DNA from: a virus
Length of the DNA: 64,000 bases
Reading direction: 5' to 3' (one strand)
Virus record (IMG/VR): IMGVR_UViG_3300025070_000024
Location: 16,917 to 80,916 of that record
A model generated the notes under the pieces. That model worked only from the letters and a program-made list of their open reading frames with translations. It had not been told where the DNA came from and made no database searches. Positions 30,110-39,893 of the stretch are shown in pieces. The position numbers and the translations under genes are program-made. Positions within the stretch are counted from its first letter, which is position 1. Each line of letters opens with the position of its first letter.

Positions 30110-31222
30110 TTAGAGTAGTTCAGATAAACTGGGCAGCTTATTGCCTTTACTAGAGTTTTGTGTACCACCTTTCATCCGTTTGGAAGCAGGCTGGTTGTTC
30201 TGCAAACGCTTCTTGAGATTCTGAGCCTTTTGAGTTGCTTTAACGCCTTGAACTAACTTGTTCAAGTCAAACTTTTTATAGAGTAAATACTCCATAGCCA
30301 GTTGAGTTTCTAAATCCATTCCTTCTTGATCAAGCATGCGCTGTGTGCGTCCTTGATTGTCTTTGGCATCACTCATCCAAGAATAAAACTTAGACTTGTC
30401 AGATTCAGGAACTGTGAATCCTCGTAGCTCGCCTTGCTTAATAGTATCTTGAATATTGACCCATTGCTGCTGCACTTGTTGCTGATATTGCTCAGCTTCT
30501 TTCCTTTGAGACTCAACCACATTTTTGGCTTGGCGCTCTTGAATGACCTTCAATTTAGACAAACCGCGATTAGCATGTTTTTCTAAAATACCTGCATCAA
30601 TGTAATCTTGAACAGTTTCTGAAATTTCTTCCTCGCTGTAATTCATCATACGCAGATGTTCTTGAACTACTGCACGTTGGGTGCTTACGTCGTCTGCTTC
30701 AATTTCTAGGGAGTTGTAATCCACTGTTGGTGAAGAAGCTTGGAAGTATTTTTTGGGGTCGCCGCCGTTGTAGCGAAACTGCAAATACTCTTGAACATCT
30801 GGAAACTGAGAAAATACAGAGTCTAGTTGCTCTTTTGCCATCTCTCCCGCTACAGTTTGAGTAAACTGTGCTACTCCATCGTAGTCTTCGGTAAAATCGC
30901 CTACTACATCGTAACCCATTTTCTCTTTCAGAACATCGATTACCGTAAGGCTATCTGAAGCATCCTCATCTTCTCGCTCAGATTCGATAGGAGCTTCAGG
31001 TGTGTTTTCTGTGTTATCGACTTTTTCAGGTTCTGAAACTTCTTCAGGTTGTTCCGCAACACTTTCTTCTGATACCTCAGCTTCTGGTAAGGAATTCTCT
31101 GCTTCTTCAGGTACCGATGATTCGGCTGAAACCTCCTGTTCTAACACCGGAGCAGGCGCTTTGTCATCAATAAGGTTATTGAATGACACTTGGCTTAAAT
31201 CAAGCTTTATTTCTTCTGACAT
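30110..31222 (-). CDS. Scaffold-like acidic protein
   Basis: Glu-rich N-terminus and coiled coil, between portal and MCP. Confidence 0.6.
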   Translation of the reverse strand: MSEEIKLDLSQVSFNNLIDDKAPAPVLEQEVSAESSVPEEAENSLPEAEVSEESVAEQPEEVSEPEKVDNTENTPEAPIESEREDEDASDSLTVIDVLKEKMGYDVVGDFTEDYDGVAQFTQTVAGEMAKEQLDSVFSQFPDVQEYLQFRYNGGDPKKYFQASSPTVDYNSLEIEADDVSTQRAVVQEHLRMMNYSEEEISETVQDYIDAGILEKHANRGLSKLKVIQERQAKNVVESQRKEAEQYQQQVQQQWVNIQDTIKQGELRGFTVPESDKSKFYSWMSDAKDNQGRTQRMLDQEGMDLETQLAMEYLLYKKFDLNKLVQGVKATQKAQNLKKRLQNNQPASKRMKGGTQNSSKGNKLPSLSELL

Positions 31223-31227
31223 CTATA

Positions 31228-31235
31228 CAAAAGTA
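31228..31235 (-). promoter_or_regulatory. Bacteroidota -7 promoter element TACTTTTG
   Basis: Exact TAnnTTTG, 5 nt upstream of ATG 31222. Confidence 0.55.
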
Positions 31236-31292
31236 TTATTTATACCAATAATTAGGACAACTCTGAATACCTATAAAAACCTGTTTATTATA

Positions 31293-33482
31293 TCAACTTT
31301 TTGAACGCGCAGCGTCTACTTTCTTACGTTCTATTTCTAATCTTTGACGATCAATGTCGTCTCGCCGACCATTCCCATCCGCATCGCTGCTCACTTTAGT
31401 AGCGACTTTCATTCGTTCCACCTCTAGTTTGACCACGCGGTCTTTCTCGTTTTGGTCTGCCTCAAATGCCTGCTGCTGATTCTGAATCTGTTGTTGAGCC
31501 TCAGCTACTTGCTGTTGTTGCTGTTGTTGCATCTCTTGTTGCATCTTCTGAAGCTCTTTTTGCTTTTCGTCTACCTCTTGTAAGAGCTTTTTGACTTTAC
31601 TGAAGTTGTTACTATCAATAATTTCAGCAACTGTTGCTGGTTGCTGACCATTTTGAGCAAACGCCATAGCCAATCCTTTAAGCTGTTGCAGCTTATCCAT
31701 TTCACGACTACTGCTTTTGACAAAGACTCCGTACTCAGACTCTTGATACTCTTCGGGATCGATATTGAGCAAGGCAGTTCTTAAATCGCTCGCGACATAC
31801 GTCATCTTTTTTCCGTCTCTCCAGGCAATCTTGCTTGTGTCTAGCAACCCAGCATACTCACGCTCCATAAAAGCCTCAAACCTTCTAAATATTTCTTCAG
31901 AAATAACTGAAGATTGGAAAATAGCGCGTTCGGTAGTGCCAACGCCGTCTGAAGAATTGACCTGACCCTTACGCTGCCTAGAAACACCGACCATTTCTTC
32001 CCACTCTGTCTTAATGGCTTGAAGAAGCTGGAACTGGGCAGCGATATATTGCCCCAAAGACATATCCAATACTTGGTACTGGTTAAATGTAACCCTCTCT
32101 CTGTTTTTGCCCTCTGCAGTAGAATCAACAAAAGCAAATCCCATGGCATCAGCGTAGTACATGAATTTTTCCTCATCCCAGCCGTGTCGTTTTGGGATAG
32201 TATTCATTTCCATAAGCATAATCTTGTCCTTGTTTTTAGCAATGGACAATTCTAAGCGGTAGTGGAAGACATTGTACAAGACCTGGTAGGCCAAGCCCAT
32301 AGAAATGATAGATATGCTGTCAGAGTGCCTGTTACTGTATACTCTGCCATTGTAGGGCATCTTACACACAGACAAGTTGTTCATTTCGTTGCGTTGCACA
32401 ACATGGGGATTCATACTGACATAAATGTTATTGTCAATTTGATATCCTTCCCAAACCTCATTTACCCAGAAATATTTTATTTCTTGGCCCTCGTCTTTTT
32501 TGTACGTTTCGTCGACCACCATCTCTTGAGGAGATCCCATCTCATCTGTATAGGATAGAATGCCAACTCTAGCAAAACTCTTCCAACAAACATGAAGCAC
32601 TTCCACCATCCGATCACTTTCGTCATCTTCCGGCTTGTTGACGAACATGCTTTGGTGTCCTCCGTAGCCATCTCTATATTTTCCATGAGGAGCTTCTAAA
32701 TTGTCGATGTCTTTAGGAGACAGCACATCGTAAAAACGATCAACTACCTCATTTACACTCATAATCTTGCGACGCACAACCCAATCAGCGTCTTCAATGT
32801 AGTCCGTATCAGGAGACTTCTCATAGTCGATATCCAAGGGGCTTACGACTTGATAGTCCACATCATTCATGCATACATCCTTATAGGTGTAGCATTCACC
32901 GGCAACTAACCAGTCGAAAAACAATTTTTGAATGTTGTCTTCTAGACCGAGCCAGTCAAAAAGATAGTTCAGTGCTTCCTGACCTACAATGGCTCTAGAG
33001 TCTCTGTAGTTAGAAAGAACTTGTTCCTGATAGTTCTTAGGGTCTTCTTCTGGAGCGTCAGGTTCTTCTCCTTTAGCTTTGCTCATCTCTGAAACAAAAA
33101 TCTGTTCCAGATATTCTTGGTACTGCTTCTGCCGATACTGGTCAAATCGTGATTGTATGTCTGCATTGCGAACAACTACTTGGTATGCTTGGGGACGCTT
33201 TGCTTTTTCTCCTAGCAGTAAGTCTACGACAGGCTTTAGGATATTATAATTGCGTAATCGCGCAGGGAAGTTCTTCTTAGCCCAAGCCTCGCTATTGTAG
33301 GGGTTTGTAACATAGTTGTAATCAGACTCCTGAATATTACCGTTGTAAGCCTCGTAATACTTTTGAGTAGTATGTTTGGTGCTACTACTAAATGCAGACC
33401 TATTAATAAAAGCCCTTATAGTGTCTTTAGCCCAATCTTTGGTTTTACGTGATCGGGGGACTTTTTGTTTAGGTATATGCAT
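31293..33482 (-). CDS. Portal protein
   Basis: 729 aa after TerL; FPARLRNYNILKPVVDLLLGE, GVSRQRKGQ motifs; Gln-rich C-terminal coiled coil. Confidence 0.85.
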   Translation of the reverse strand: MHIPKQKVPRSRKTKDWAKDTIRAFINRSAFSSSTKHTTQKYYEAYNGNIQESDYNYVTNPYNSEAWAKKNFPARLRNYNILKPVVDLLLGEKAKRPQAYQVVVRNADIQSRFDQYRQKQYQEYLEQIFVSEMSKAKGEEPDAPEEDPKNYQEQVLSNYRDSRAIVGQEALNYLFDWLGLEDNIQKLFFDWLVAGECYTYKDVCMNDVDYQVVSPLDIDYEKSPDTDYIEDADWVVRRKIMSVNEVVDRFYDVLSPKDIDNLEAPHGKYRDGYGGHQSMFVNKPEDDESDRMVEVLHVCWKSFARVGILSYTDEMGSPQEMVVDETYKKDEGQEIKYFWVNEVWEGYQIDNNIYVSMNPHVVQRNEMNNLSVCKMPYNGRVYSNRHSDSISIISMGLAYQVLYNVFHYRLELSIAKNKDKIMLMEMNTIPKRHGWDEEKFMYYADAMGFAFVDSTAEGKNRERVTFNQYQVLDMSLGQYIAAQFQLLQAIKTEWEEMVGVSRQRKGQVNSSDGVGTTERAIFQSSVISEEIFRRFEAFMEREYAGLLDTSKIAWRDGKKMTYVASDLRTALLNIDPEEYQESEYGVFVKSSSREMDKLQQLKGLAMAFAQNGQQPATVAEIIDSNNFSKVKKLLQEVDEKQKELQKMQQEMQQQQQQQVAEAQQQIQNQQQAFEADQNEKDRVVKLEVERMKVATKVSSDADGNGRRDDIDRQRLEIERKKVDAARSKS

Positions 33483-33493
33483 TTTCGGTATTA

Positions 33494-35497
33494 TTAGAAG
33501 AAGTCACGATTAAAAAAGCTGTTGGCGTCATTCTGCTCTGCTTTTTCGACTTCTAAATTAGATAAGTCTTTCAAGTGGAACATACCTACAAGCATTGCAG
33601 ATACCCTGTCAAAGTTACCTCTAGAGTTGTATTTAATTAGTTCGTCTATTAATGCAATATCGTATATATAGTGCAAGTTTAACTTAGCTTCTCCTGTTTC
33701 TGTCTTGCCCCTCTTAGTCTTCAACCAGTCTCGTAAGTACAGCTCTGCTTGGCTTTTACGCTCTTTGCTACCCATGCTCATGCCGTACTTTCTTCCAAGC
33801 TTTTTGATTTTAACATTTTCAGATTTGTCAAAAATCTCAGCTTCTGGCATAAGCATATGTAGTTGCTTTGTACGCTTAGCGTATGGTATTACTTCTCCCC
33901 GGTCATTCTCAAATCCTATACGGGCGTTATAATACTCTGAAAGCAAAAATAGTGAATTATTGTATTCATCCTGAGAATCTGGTCGTCCTACATAAGATGC
34001 TACAATCATATCGTCAGGACTTGAGATAGAATTGACTCTTTTTATTACATAAGCTGCTCCCAAAGAAGTGCCGTAGCCATCTTGTGCATACGGGTCGTGG
34101 ACAATAATGTACAGATCGTCAGGTGTAGATCCTTGCGAGTATGGTGCTTGGTAAATCACTACGCATCCTCGGATATCATCTCCTTTTTGAGCAGGAAACT
34201 TTTCTATAGGGCGCAGCATGTCATCTGGCATAAACTTTAGACCTTTTTTGCCTGTGATTAGTTTGCCTGCAACACCAATATTCCTGTAAGCCCCAGAGCG
34301 CATGAGTTCATTGCGCCATTCTAAAAGTTGAGCAGAAGGAAATATGTTAGAGGTGTGCTGCATAAACGCCTCCTTAGGTGTAAAGGGATACTCTGTAATA
34401 TGCTTATCTAAAACACCTCCGTCTTTTGTGTCTCTCTTAATCTGCTCACGTCGTGCTTCTTCAGCTTGCTTTGCATTCTCGATATTACTGTTGCCCTGGT
34501 TGTCCATGTACCCCACCATGTTTTTGTAGGCTGGAAAAAAGAACCCGCAGTTAGAATGCTCTGAGCCATTGTCCCAAGTATTTTGTACAGGTAAAAGATT
34601 GTATGCTAGAGGGTTATAAAACATTGACTCAAAGTCTATAGTTCCACCAGACATGTCTCCACCAGTACCAAACAAAATCATTTGGCCTGTTGTAATTCCG
34701 CCATCCTCAACTGTCGGCTTAGTTGCCAAAAATGAAGCTTTGAGGTTGTCGAAAGCTCCGCACTCCTCGAATATCACAATGCTTGCATCTTTACCACGAG
34801 CTGCATCAGGGTTGTCTTTAAATGTAATGGCTTCGACTTCGGATTTATAGCCCTTCTCAATAGGCTGCCCACCGACGTACTCTAAAAAGCTAGCCCTTCT
34901 GTGATTCTGCTTATCGACAACTTGTCGTCGCTTGCCCCAGCCGGTATGCTCGTTTAAGAAGTTCATATTGTCGGTAACCATAGCCATGATTCCCTTCGGG
35001 TACAAGTACTTTTTGTCAAACGCACAAAGTAAAGTGTAGCTGTTTCGATCATTATTGAACGTGTTAGCTACTAAAGCAGCATTCTTGTATGAAAATCCCT
35101 TACGTCTAGCTTTACCTACTATCAAATGCCGACCTCCAGACATAAACTCAGGGTCGACAACAGTCGAAAGGTTTAAGCTTTTGTATTTATCTGCAGTAAT
35201 GCCTTCTCTGGCAATGTTTTGCAGCCAAAAGTATTCGTAGTCTCCATCCCAGAAGTTTGGGAAAGCAACAATCTTTTTATTTCCCTTAGCGGTCAGTTTA
35301 ATCTGAACGAAGTTCAGGTAGAAGTAGTGGTGACCGGTAATGGTTGTGTCTCCTACAGTATAGCCGTGGGTACAACGACGAAGTCGTTCGGCCCAGTACT
35401 CATAATGACCTGCGGTTCCTTCTGGCTGGCTACAATAGTACCCATGCTTCAGGAAGTGTTGAGCGTCACGACAAAACTCTTGAGTATTGACCAGCAT
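33494..35497 (-). CDS. terL: Terminase large subunit
   Basis: ITGHHYFYLNF, Walker A KARRKGFSY, Walker B VIFEECG, GTGG, nuclease DPY...NFDRVSA. Confidence 0.92.
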   Translation of the reverse strand: MLVNTQEFCRDAQHFLKHGYYCSQPEGTAGHYEYWAERLRRCTHGYTVGDTTITGHHYFYLNFVQIKLTAKGNKKIVAFPNFWDGDYEYFWLQNIAREGITADKYKSLNLSTVVDPEFMSGGRHLIVGKARRKGFSYKNAALVANTFNNDRNSYTLLCAFDKKYLYPKGIMAMVTDNMNFLNEHTGWGKRRQVVDKQNHRRASFLEYVGGQPIEKGYKSEVEAITFKDNPDAARGKDASIVIFEECGAFDNLKASFLATKPTVEDGGITTGQMILFGTGGDMSGGTIDFESMFYNPLAYNLLPVQNTWDNGSEHSNCGFFFPAYKNMVGYMDNQGNSNIENAKQAEEARREQIKRDTKDGGVLDKHITEYPFTPKEAFMQHTSNIFPSAQLLEWRNELMRSGAYRNIGVAGKLITGKKGLKFMPDDMLRPIEKFPAQKGDDIRGCVVIYQAPYSQGSTPDDLYIIVHDPYAQDGYGTSLGAAYVIKRVNSISSPDDMIVASYVGRPDSQDEYNNSLFLLSEYYNARIGFENDRGEVIPYAKRTKQLHMLMPEAEIFDKSENVKIKKLGRKYGMSMGSKERKSQAELYLRDWLKTKRGKTETGEAKLNLHYIYDIALIDELIKYNSRGNFDRVSAMLVGMFHLKDLSNLEVEKAEQNDANSFFNRDFF

Positions 35498-36060
35498 CAG
35501 TCTTCAAACATTCCTTTTTTACCTCCTCCCTTAATCCGAGTATCACTGGCTTGCTCTTTCTTTATTTTCTCTTCTAGGGTCGAGATGTTGTCTATTACCT
35601 TAGGCAGCTTTTCTCCGATTTCTAGCATTCGTTGCACACTACGCACTAATCCGTCTAAGTCCTCAACTTCATCTTGCTTTAGCTCTCTCTCTATACGTAT
35701 ACGCAATGTGTCAATAAGCCTTGAACTGGTCAACAAACCTTCACGGATCGAGGTCAGTGTTTTAATTGTTGGAGTCTGTGCAAATTTGAGATACTTCTCA
35801 ATGGCTGCTTGCACTTTGAGATCTGGGACGTAGTCCTCCGCCAAACCTAAATCTTTACTTACCCGGATCAACCGCTCGTCAGAAGCATAAATAGCATAAG
35901 GGCTTTTGTGGTCGTGCATAAAATAGATGTACGCCAACTCCCGCACACAACCTTGCTTACTTTGACTTCTGTCACGTTTATACAAAGCTTTGAACTCTGG
36001 TATCAGCTGCACTTCGGGGTCAGGAACGACCTTAAACTTTTCTTCTCTTAGTAAGCGCAT
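35497..36060 (-). CDS. Conserved protein upstream of TerL (TerS candidate)
   Basis: 187 aa helical; ELAYIYF..D.KSPY motif; coupled to terL. Confidence 0.5.
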   Translation of the reverse strand: MRLLREEKFKVVPDPEVQLIPEFKALYKRDRSQSKQGCVRELAYIYFMHDHKSPYAIYASDERLIRVSKDLGLAEDYVPDLKVQAAIEKYLKFAQTPTIKTLTSIREGLLTSSRLIDTLRIRIERELKQDEVEDLDGLVRSVQRMLEIGEKLPKVIDNISTLEEKIKKEQASDTRIKGGGKKGMFED

Positions 36061-36265
36061 GATTGAGGTTGTATAAACGCCTAGGTTTCACATAAAACTT
36101 GCCTAAGTATGGCATACGTACTTGAGAAAAGTCTCCCTTCTCCATAGTCTGGCAAAGAAACTTAAACTGGCTCTCTACTATATCCTGAATCTCTACCAGG
36201 CTCCCACCATTCTCCTCTACAATCTCTAAGCAGATTTCTTTTTTTATTTTATTCGTTCTAGCCAT
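36032..36265 (-). CDS. IHF/HU-like protein
   Basis: IVESQF...VRMPYLGKFYVK HU-like pattern. Confidence 0.6.
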   Translation of the reverse strand: MARTNKIKKEICLEIVEENGGSLVEIQDIVESQFKFLCQTMEKGDFSQVRMPYLGKFYVKPRRLYNLNHALTKRRKV

Positions 36266-36399
36266 ATATAGTATAGTCTAATAAATAGCAAAACTCCCCT
36301 ATAGAAAGTTGACTGTCGTACTGCACACATTGAAGACTCATCAGAGATGCTATACGCATCTCAAAACTCAGAACTACGTCCAGGTCGTACAGCTCATAA

Positions 36400-36747
36400 C
36401 TAAGCTGGTACTTTGGAGTCTGAGAAGATGAACTTAAAGGTAATGGAGTCAAGATCAGAGGGGGGTTTAACAATAGGTATATAGCGGTAGACTCCTTTAG
36501 AATCCTTACCAATAATTTTCTTGTCCTTCAAGCTCTTTACGTAGTTGTTTAATACACTTACGCTTTTGAAGTTCATAGCATCAGAAACATACTTCCTAGA
36601 AGCCATGCTACATGCCACCTCTGGGTCGTACTCTATGAACAACACTAATGAGTCTAACTCCCGTGGAGTCAACCTCAAAATACCATTAAGTAATTCTAAG
36701 TAGTTCCTTAGAAAGTTCTTCTTACTTGTCCGAATACTCAGCTCCAT
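36400..36747 (-). CDS. Winged-helix DNA-binding-like protein
   Basis: LTPRELD...VLNNYVKSLKDKKII pattern. Confidence 0.5.
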   Translation of the reverse strand: MELSIRTSKKNFLRNYLELLNGILRLTPRELDSLVLFIEYDPEVACSMASRKYVSDAMNFKSVSVLNNYVKSLKDKKIIGKDSKGVYRYIPIVKPPSDLDSITFKFIFSDSKVPA

Positions 36748-37030
36748 TTTGCTCTTGATATTTTGCTACTCTGTCAATCTTACGATTCAATCTCTTCTTG
36801 AACAGATTCCTCACATTCTTCAGTAGAAGAATACAACACTGGTTCTCGACAGAAAAGTTTTTCTTCTGTAGTTCATACAACCTGTCAATTAACATAGACA
36901 CTACCTCCTCATTGGTAGTTCCAGAGTTGTATGCAGATCCCTGCTTCTCAGTAAACCTTACAGTTTGATACTCAGTCTCAGACTTAAAATTATGTAGTCT
37001 GTATTCGATACCTGGCTTTACAACATCCAT
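36722..37030 (-). CDS. Tad1/Acb2-like helical-hairpin protein (putative immune-signal sponge)
   Basis: YQTVRF...GTTNEEVVSMLIDRL..LQ...FS.EN...KR; likely ATG at 37030. Confidence 0.55.
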   Translation of the reverse strand: MDVVKPGIEYRLHNFKSETEYQTVRFTEKQGSAYNSGTTNEEVVSMLIDRLYELQKKNFSVENQCCILLLKNVRNLFKKRLNRKIDRVAKYQEQNGAEYSDK

Positions 37031-37118
37031 AGCAGTTCTGTTCAAGTATAAATATAAAACTTCTATATAATACTACCGCATTGCCTAGGGTCATGTCAGC
37101 TTAGTATAGAGGTTTCTA

Positions 37119-37268
37119 TTATTCTGTGTAAACAAGCTGCGCTATAGTATGGTCTACAAATTCGCCTGAATAGGTGTAAGCCAAAATCAACTCAGAGTCA
37201 TTAGGCAGAGTATACGCAACAAATATTGCCCCCTCTACCACAGCTATCCCCTCTAAAAATTTTAGCAT
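37119..37268 (-). CDS. Small hypothetical protein, probable first late gene (49 aa)
   Basis: ATG 37268 lies 4 nt after an exact TAnnTTTG. Confidence 0.45.
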   Translation of the reverse strand: MLKFLEGIAVVEGAIFVAYTLPNDSELILAYTYSGEFVDHTIAQLVYTE

Positions 37269-37272
37269 GTTC

Positions 37273-37280
37273 CAAAGATA
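37273..37280 (-). promoter_or_regulatory. Bacteroidota -7 promoter element TATCTTTG at head of late operon
   Basis: Exact TAnnTTTG at the strand switch. Confidence 0.55.
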
Positions 37281-37383
37281 TGAGTTTGAGTACCACCACG
37301 ATTTAACTCCCCCCACCAAAAACGGACAAGAACCACCCCCCTGCTCCGCCTGCAAAGGCAATGACAAACCCAAATTCAACAAC

Positions 37384-37713
37384 ATGATTGAAATTAATTC
37401 TCTCAGAGCACAGCTCGTCAAAAAGATTGGCGATAACAAGAAGAATGGTCAGAAGTACAAGAAAAACGTTTTCGTTATTCATGCACCGAACCATCCTGCG
37501 CCGGAAGGACTATGCATTATCGATGCCTTTCATACCAAGGCTCTTTACCAAATGATTGGTGAGGCCAAGGTGGACAGGCTGAGACAAGGCGTAAACTTTC
37601 CTGCAGTGCAGCAGACGAATGATGGCGATTGGATGCGCATCACAGTGCGTCCGAAGGTTAACGACCCTAGAAAGTCGTACTTCGACATCACACCCTGCTC
37701 AGCTCCTAAGTGA
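37384..37713 (+). CDS. First early gene, hypothetical
   Basis: Likely ATG 37384 after A-rich leader; followed by GGGGG/CCCCC hairpin. Confidence 0.55.
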   Translation: MIEINSLRAQLVKKIGDNKKNGQKYKKNVFVIHAPNHPAPEGLCIIDAFHTKALYQMIGEAKVDRLRQGVNFPAVQQTNDGDWMRITVRPKVNDPRKSYFDITPCSAPK

Positions 37714-37868
37714 TTACGGGGGGCTAACAACCCCCTTAACGCATCACTATCATCAGCACGACAACACTGCATGCATTCTCATACCAGGGAGTGTGTGCAG
37801 TGTTTTCAATGAATTTGGGTATTCAACACGACAAAACTTTCATTGATATAAACTTTACAACTACTCTC

Positions 37869-38090
37869 ATGAACATTGAAGCAAGACAAAAACGTGAAGA
37901 GCTATGCTCTACATTACAGCAACAGCATACCACAGCATGGAATGAGTACCACATGTTGGTGCAAGATCTAAAGCAGCACATCCCTTCAGATAAGCAGGAT
38001 GAGGTTATGACTATCGTGAAGCGCATGTGTGATGCACACGGCAAAGTCATGGTAGCTAACCATCGCTACGAGGAAACAATGAAATCTTGA
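37869..38090 (+). CDS. Hypothetical helical protein
   Basis: Likely ATG 37869. Confidence 0.55.
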   Translation: MNIEARQKREELCSTLQQQHTTAWNEYHMLVQDLKQHIPSDKQDEVMTIVKRMCDAHGKVMVANHRYEETMKS

Positions 38091-38698
38091 ACACAACAAG
38101 CAAGACAATGGGTATAGTATACTTAGGGATATTCCTACCACAGAAATCTATTGACCAGCTATTGGTTCCAATAGACACAAACATCAAGCATCCACACATT
38201 ACCATGAAGTACTATGGTACATGGAATCTTGATAGGCTATCTGAAGAAGATCACAGTAAAGTAGGAATACATACTGAGATACATCCTTGGGCTATGATTA
38301 CCTCTAAGGATATTGATGTCCTTATATGTAGAAGGAGTCATGAAGGGATGGGTGATATGCCGCATGTCACTCTGCGGGCGTCTAATGGTGCTTTGCCTGT
38401 GAACTCTAACAAGTACACAGAAGCATACACTAAGATATTCAAGGCTAGGGTATTCGACTCTAGTCCTCTTGGTGATGCTCAATACGAAGCCCTAGACTTC
38501 TTTGCCAAAGAGCATCCAGATGCTAAAATCTTCAAGTATGGTACTATTTCACCCATTGCCGCAAGGTGGGGTGTATATACTAGCGAAGGTGTTAAGTATC
38601 AACTGCCATCTAAAAGACTGCCAGGCCCAGATACAATAAGTATCCACCATCCAGACAACTGGAGGTGTATCGAGCCTGAGTATGATGCATATGACTAA
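38087..38698 (+). CDS. 2H phosphoesterase (cyclic phosphodiesterase-like)
   Basis: Two HxT motifs (PHITM, PHVTL); Y.GIFL start and PVNSN motif resemble tRNA-ligase CPDase domains. Confidence 0.7.
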   Translation: MNTTSKTMGIVYLGIFLPQKSIDQLLVPIDTNIKHPHITMKYYGTWNLDRLSEEDHSKVGIHTEIHPWAMITSKDIDVLICRRSHEGMGDMPHVTLRASNGALPVNSNKYTEAYTKIFKARVFDSSPLGDAQYEALDFFAKEHPDAKIFKYGTISPIAARWGVYTSEGVKYQLPSKRLPGPDTISIHHPDNWRCIEPEYDAYD

Positions 38699-38912
38699 TA
38701 ACATGATTATGAAGAACAACGCTATTCTTACAGCACTAGTCTCTTTTATTACATGTATCTATACATGTACCATTGGACTACTCGTAGGTCTCATCAACTC
38801 TGATGACCTACATCCTGACCCCAACGCAACACTTCTATTGGCTCTCATTGGAGGGCTAATAGTTGTGTGCCTATGGATTGCTTTAGCATCTGCCAACAAC
38901 AAAGAATCTTAA
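38682..38912 (+). CDS. Small two-TM membrane protein
   Basis: Two hydrophobic helices. Confidence 0.55.
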   Translation: MMHMTNNMIMKNNAILTALVSFITCIYTCTIGLLVGLINSDDLHPDPNATLLLALIGGLIVVCLWIALASANNKES

Positions 38913-38914
38913 TC

Positions 38915-39583
38915 ATGTTAATACATCAAGTAATTATCTTACGAGGTCTGCCCGGTGCCGGTAAAACTACCGTGGCTTCTACCTTAGCATTAGCGTCACG
39001 TGGTACAATATGCTCTGCTGACCAATACATGGTTGACAGCAATGGCGAGTACCACTTCGACCCAAAGCGACTGAAAGATTGTCATAACCTCTGCTTCGAT
39101 AAATTCTGCAAAGAGTTAACCAATGCAGTTCAAGACAAGCATTACGACCTTCGTAATCAGGCGTACACTATCATTGTAGATAACACCAACACTCAGTATT
39201 GGGAGTTCCAGAAGTATATCAACAAAGTAGCGAACGTGAATCTTCTGCTGAAAGAACTCGGCTCTAGCGACAAATTCATTGTTACTCAGCTCATCGTCGA
39301 GAATCCATCAGGATTTCAGTCTACACATGATGTTCCTAGTGCTACTATCGCCGCGATGAAAGACCGGTTTGAGGTTTATTTAGGTCCAGACCATCAGCTT
39401 AGTGACTGTCAGGAAGAACAGGTTCAAGAACATCCACCTTACGAAGAAGACGAGTGTGTAGGGTGTGGCAATTTGTATGATGTCAATGACCCACATTGTG
39501 AATGCACTGATCGCGAGGAGCAAGCTCAGGCTATGATGACCGAAGACATGCAAGATTCTATAGACCCTGACTATGATGAATAA
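38915..39583 (+). CDS. P-loop polynucleotide-kinase-like protein (AAA_33 / N4BP2-like) with Cys/acidic tail
   Basis: ILRGLPGAGKTT, SADQY, IVDNTN, HDVP...MKDRFE motifs. Confidence 0.8.
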   Translation: MLIHQVIILRGLPGAGKTTVASTLALASRGTICSADQYMVDSNGEYHFDPKRLKDCHNLCFDKFCKELTNAVQDKHYDLRNQAYTIIVDNTNTQYWEFQKYINKVANVNLLLKELGSSDKFIVTQLIVENPSGFQSTHDVPSATIAAMKDRFEVYLGPDHQLSDCQEEQVQEHPPYEEDECVGCGNLYDVNDPHCECTDREEQAQAMMTEDMQDSIDPDYDE

Positions 39584-39893
39584 GACTCTAACTAAAATGA
39601 GTAGTAGACAGATTCAACACATCTTACGTGATGAGCTTAGGAATCAAAAGCTCAAGCACAGGTCTATGGCATATTTAGCTGACCGGCATCTGTCAGAACT
39701 AAAGAAGTATGCAGCCCTTAAAAACTTTGAGCAAATAGATATTCAATCTCGTTTGCACTCTGAATTTTGCCGAGAGCAACATATATCTAGTGTTGAAATC
39801 ACGCGTTTAGAGAAAGAGCTGAAATATCAGCAACCTGCACCCAACAGAGTTGCTAAGTTTGTGATGAAACTTAAGATGAGGTTTAACCTATAA
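39573..39893 (+). CDS. Hypothetical protein
   Basis: 106 aa, coupled to upstream gene. Confidence 0.55.
   Translation: MMNKTLTKMSSRQIQHILRDELRNQKLKHRSMAYLADRHLSELKKYAALKNFEQIDIQSRLHSEFCREQHISSVEITRLEKELKYQQPAPNRVAKFVMKLKMRFNL

Noticed and set aside
177-35833. Numerous plus-strand ORFs opposite structural genes (e.g. 16222..16761, 35219..35833)
   Set aside because: Antisense shadows of long genes with no motifs or expression signals
36258-36512. Track ORF between the HTH-like and IHF-like genes
   Set aside because: Overlaps the upstream gene extensively and lacks a convincing start; a short gene here cannot be excluded
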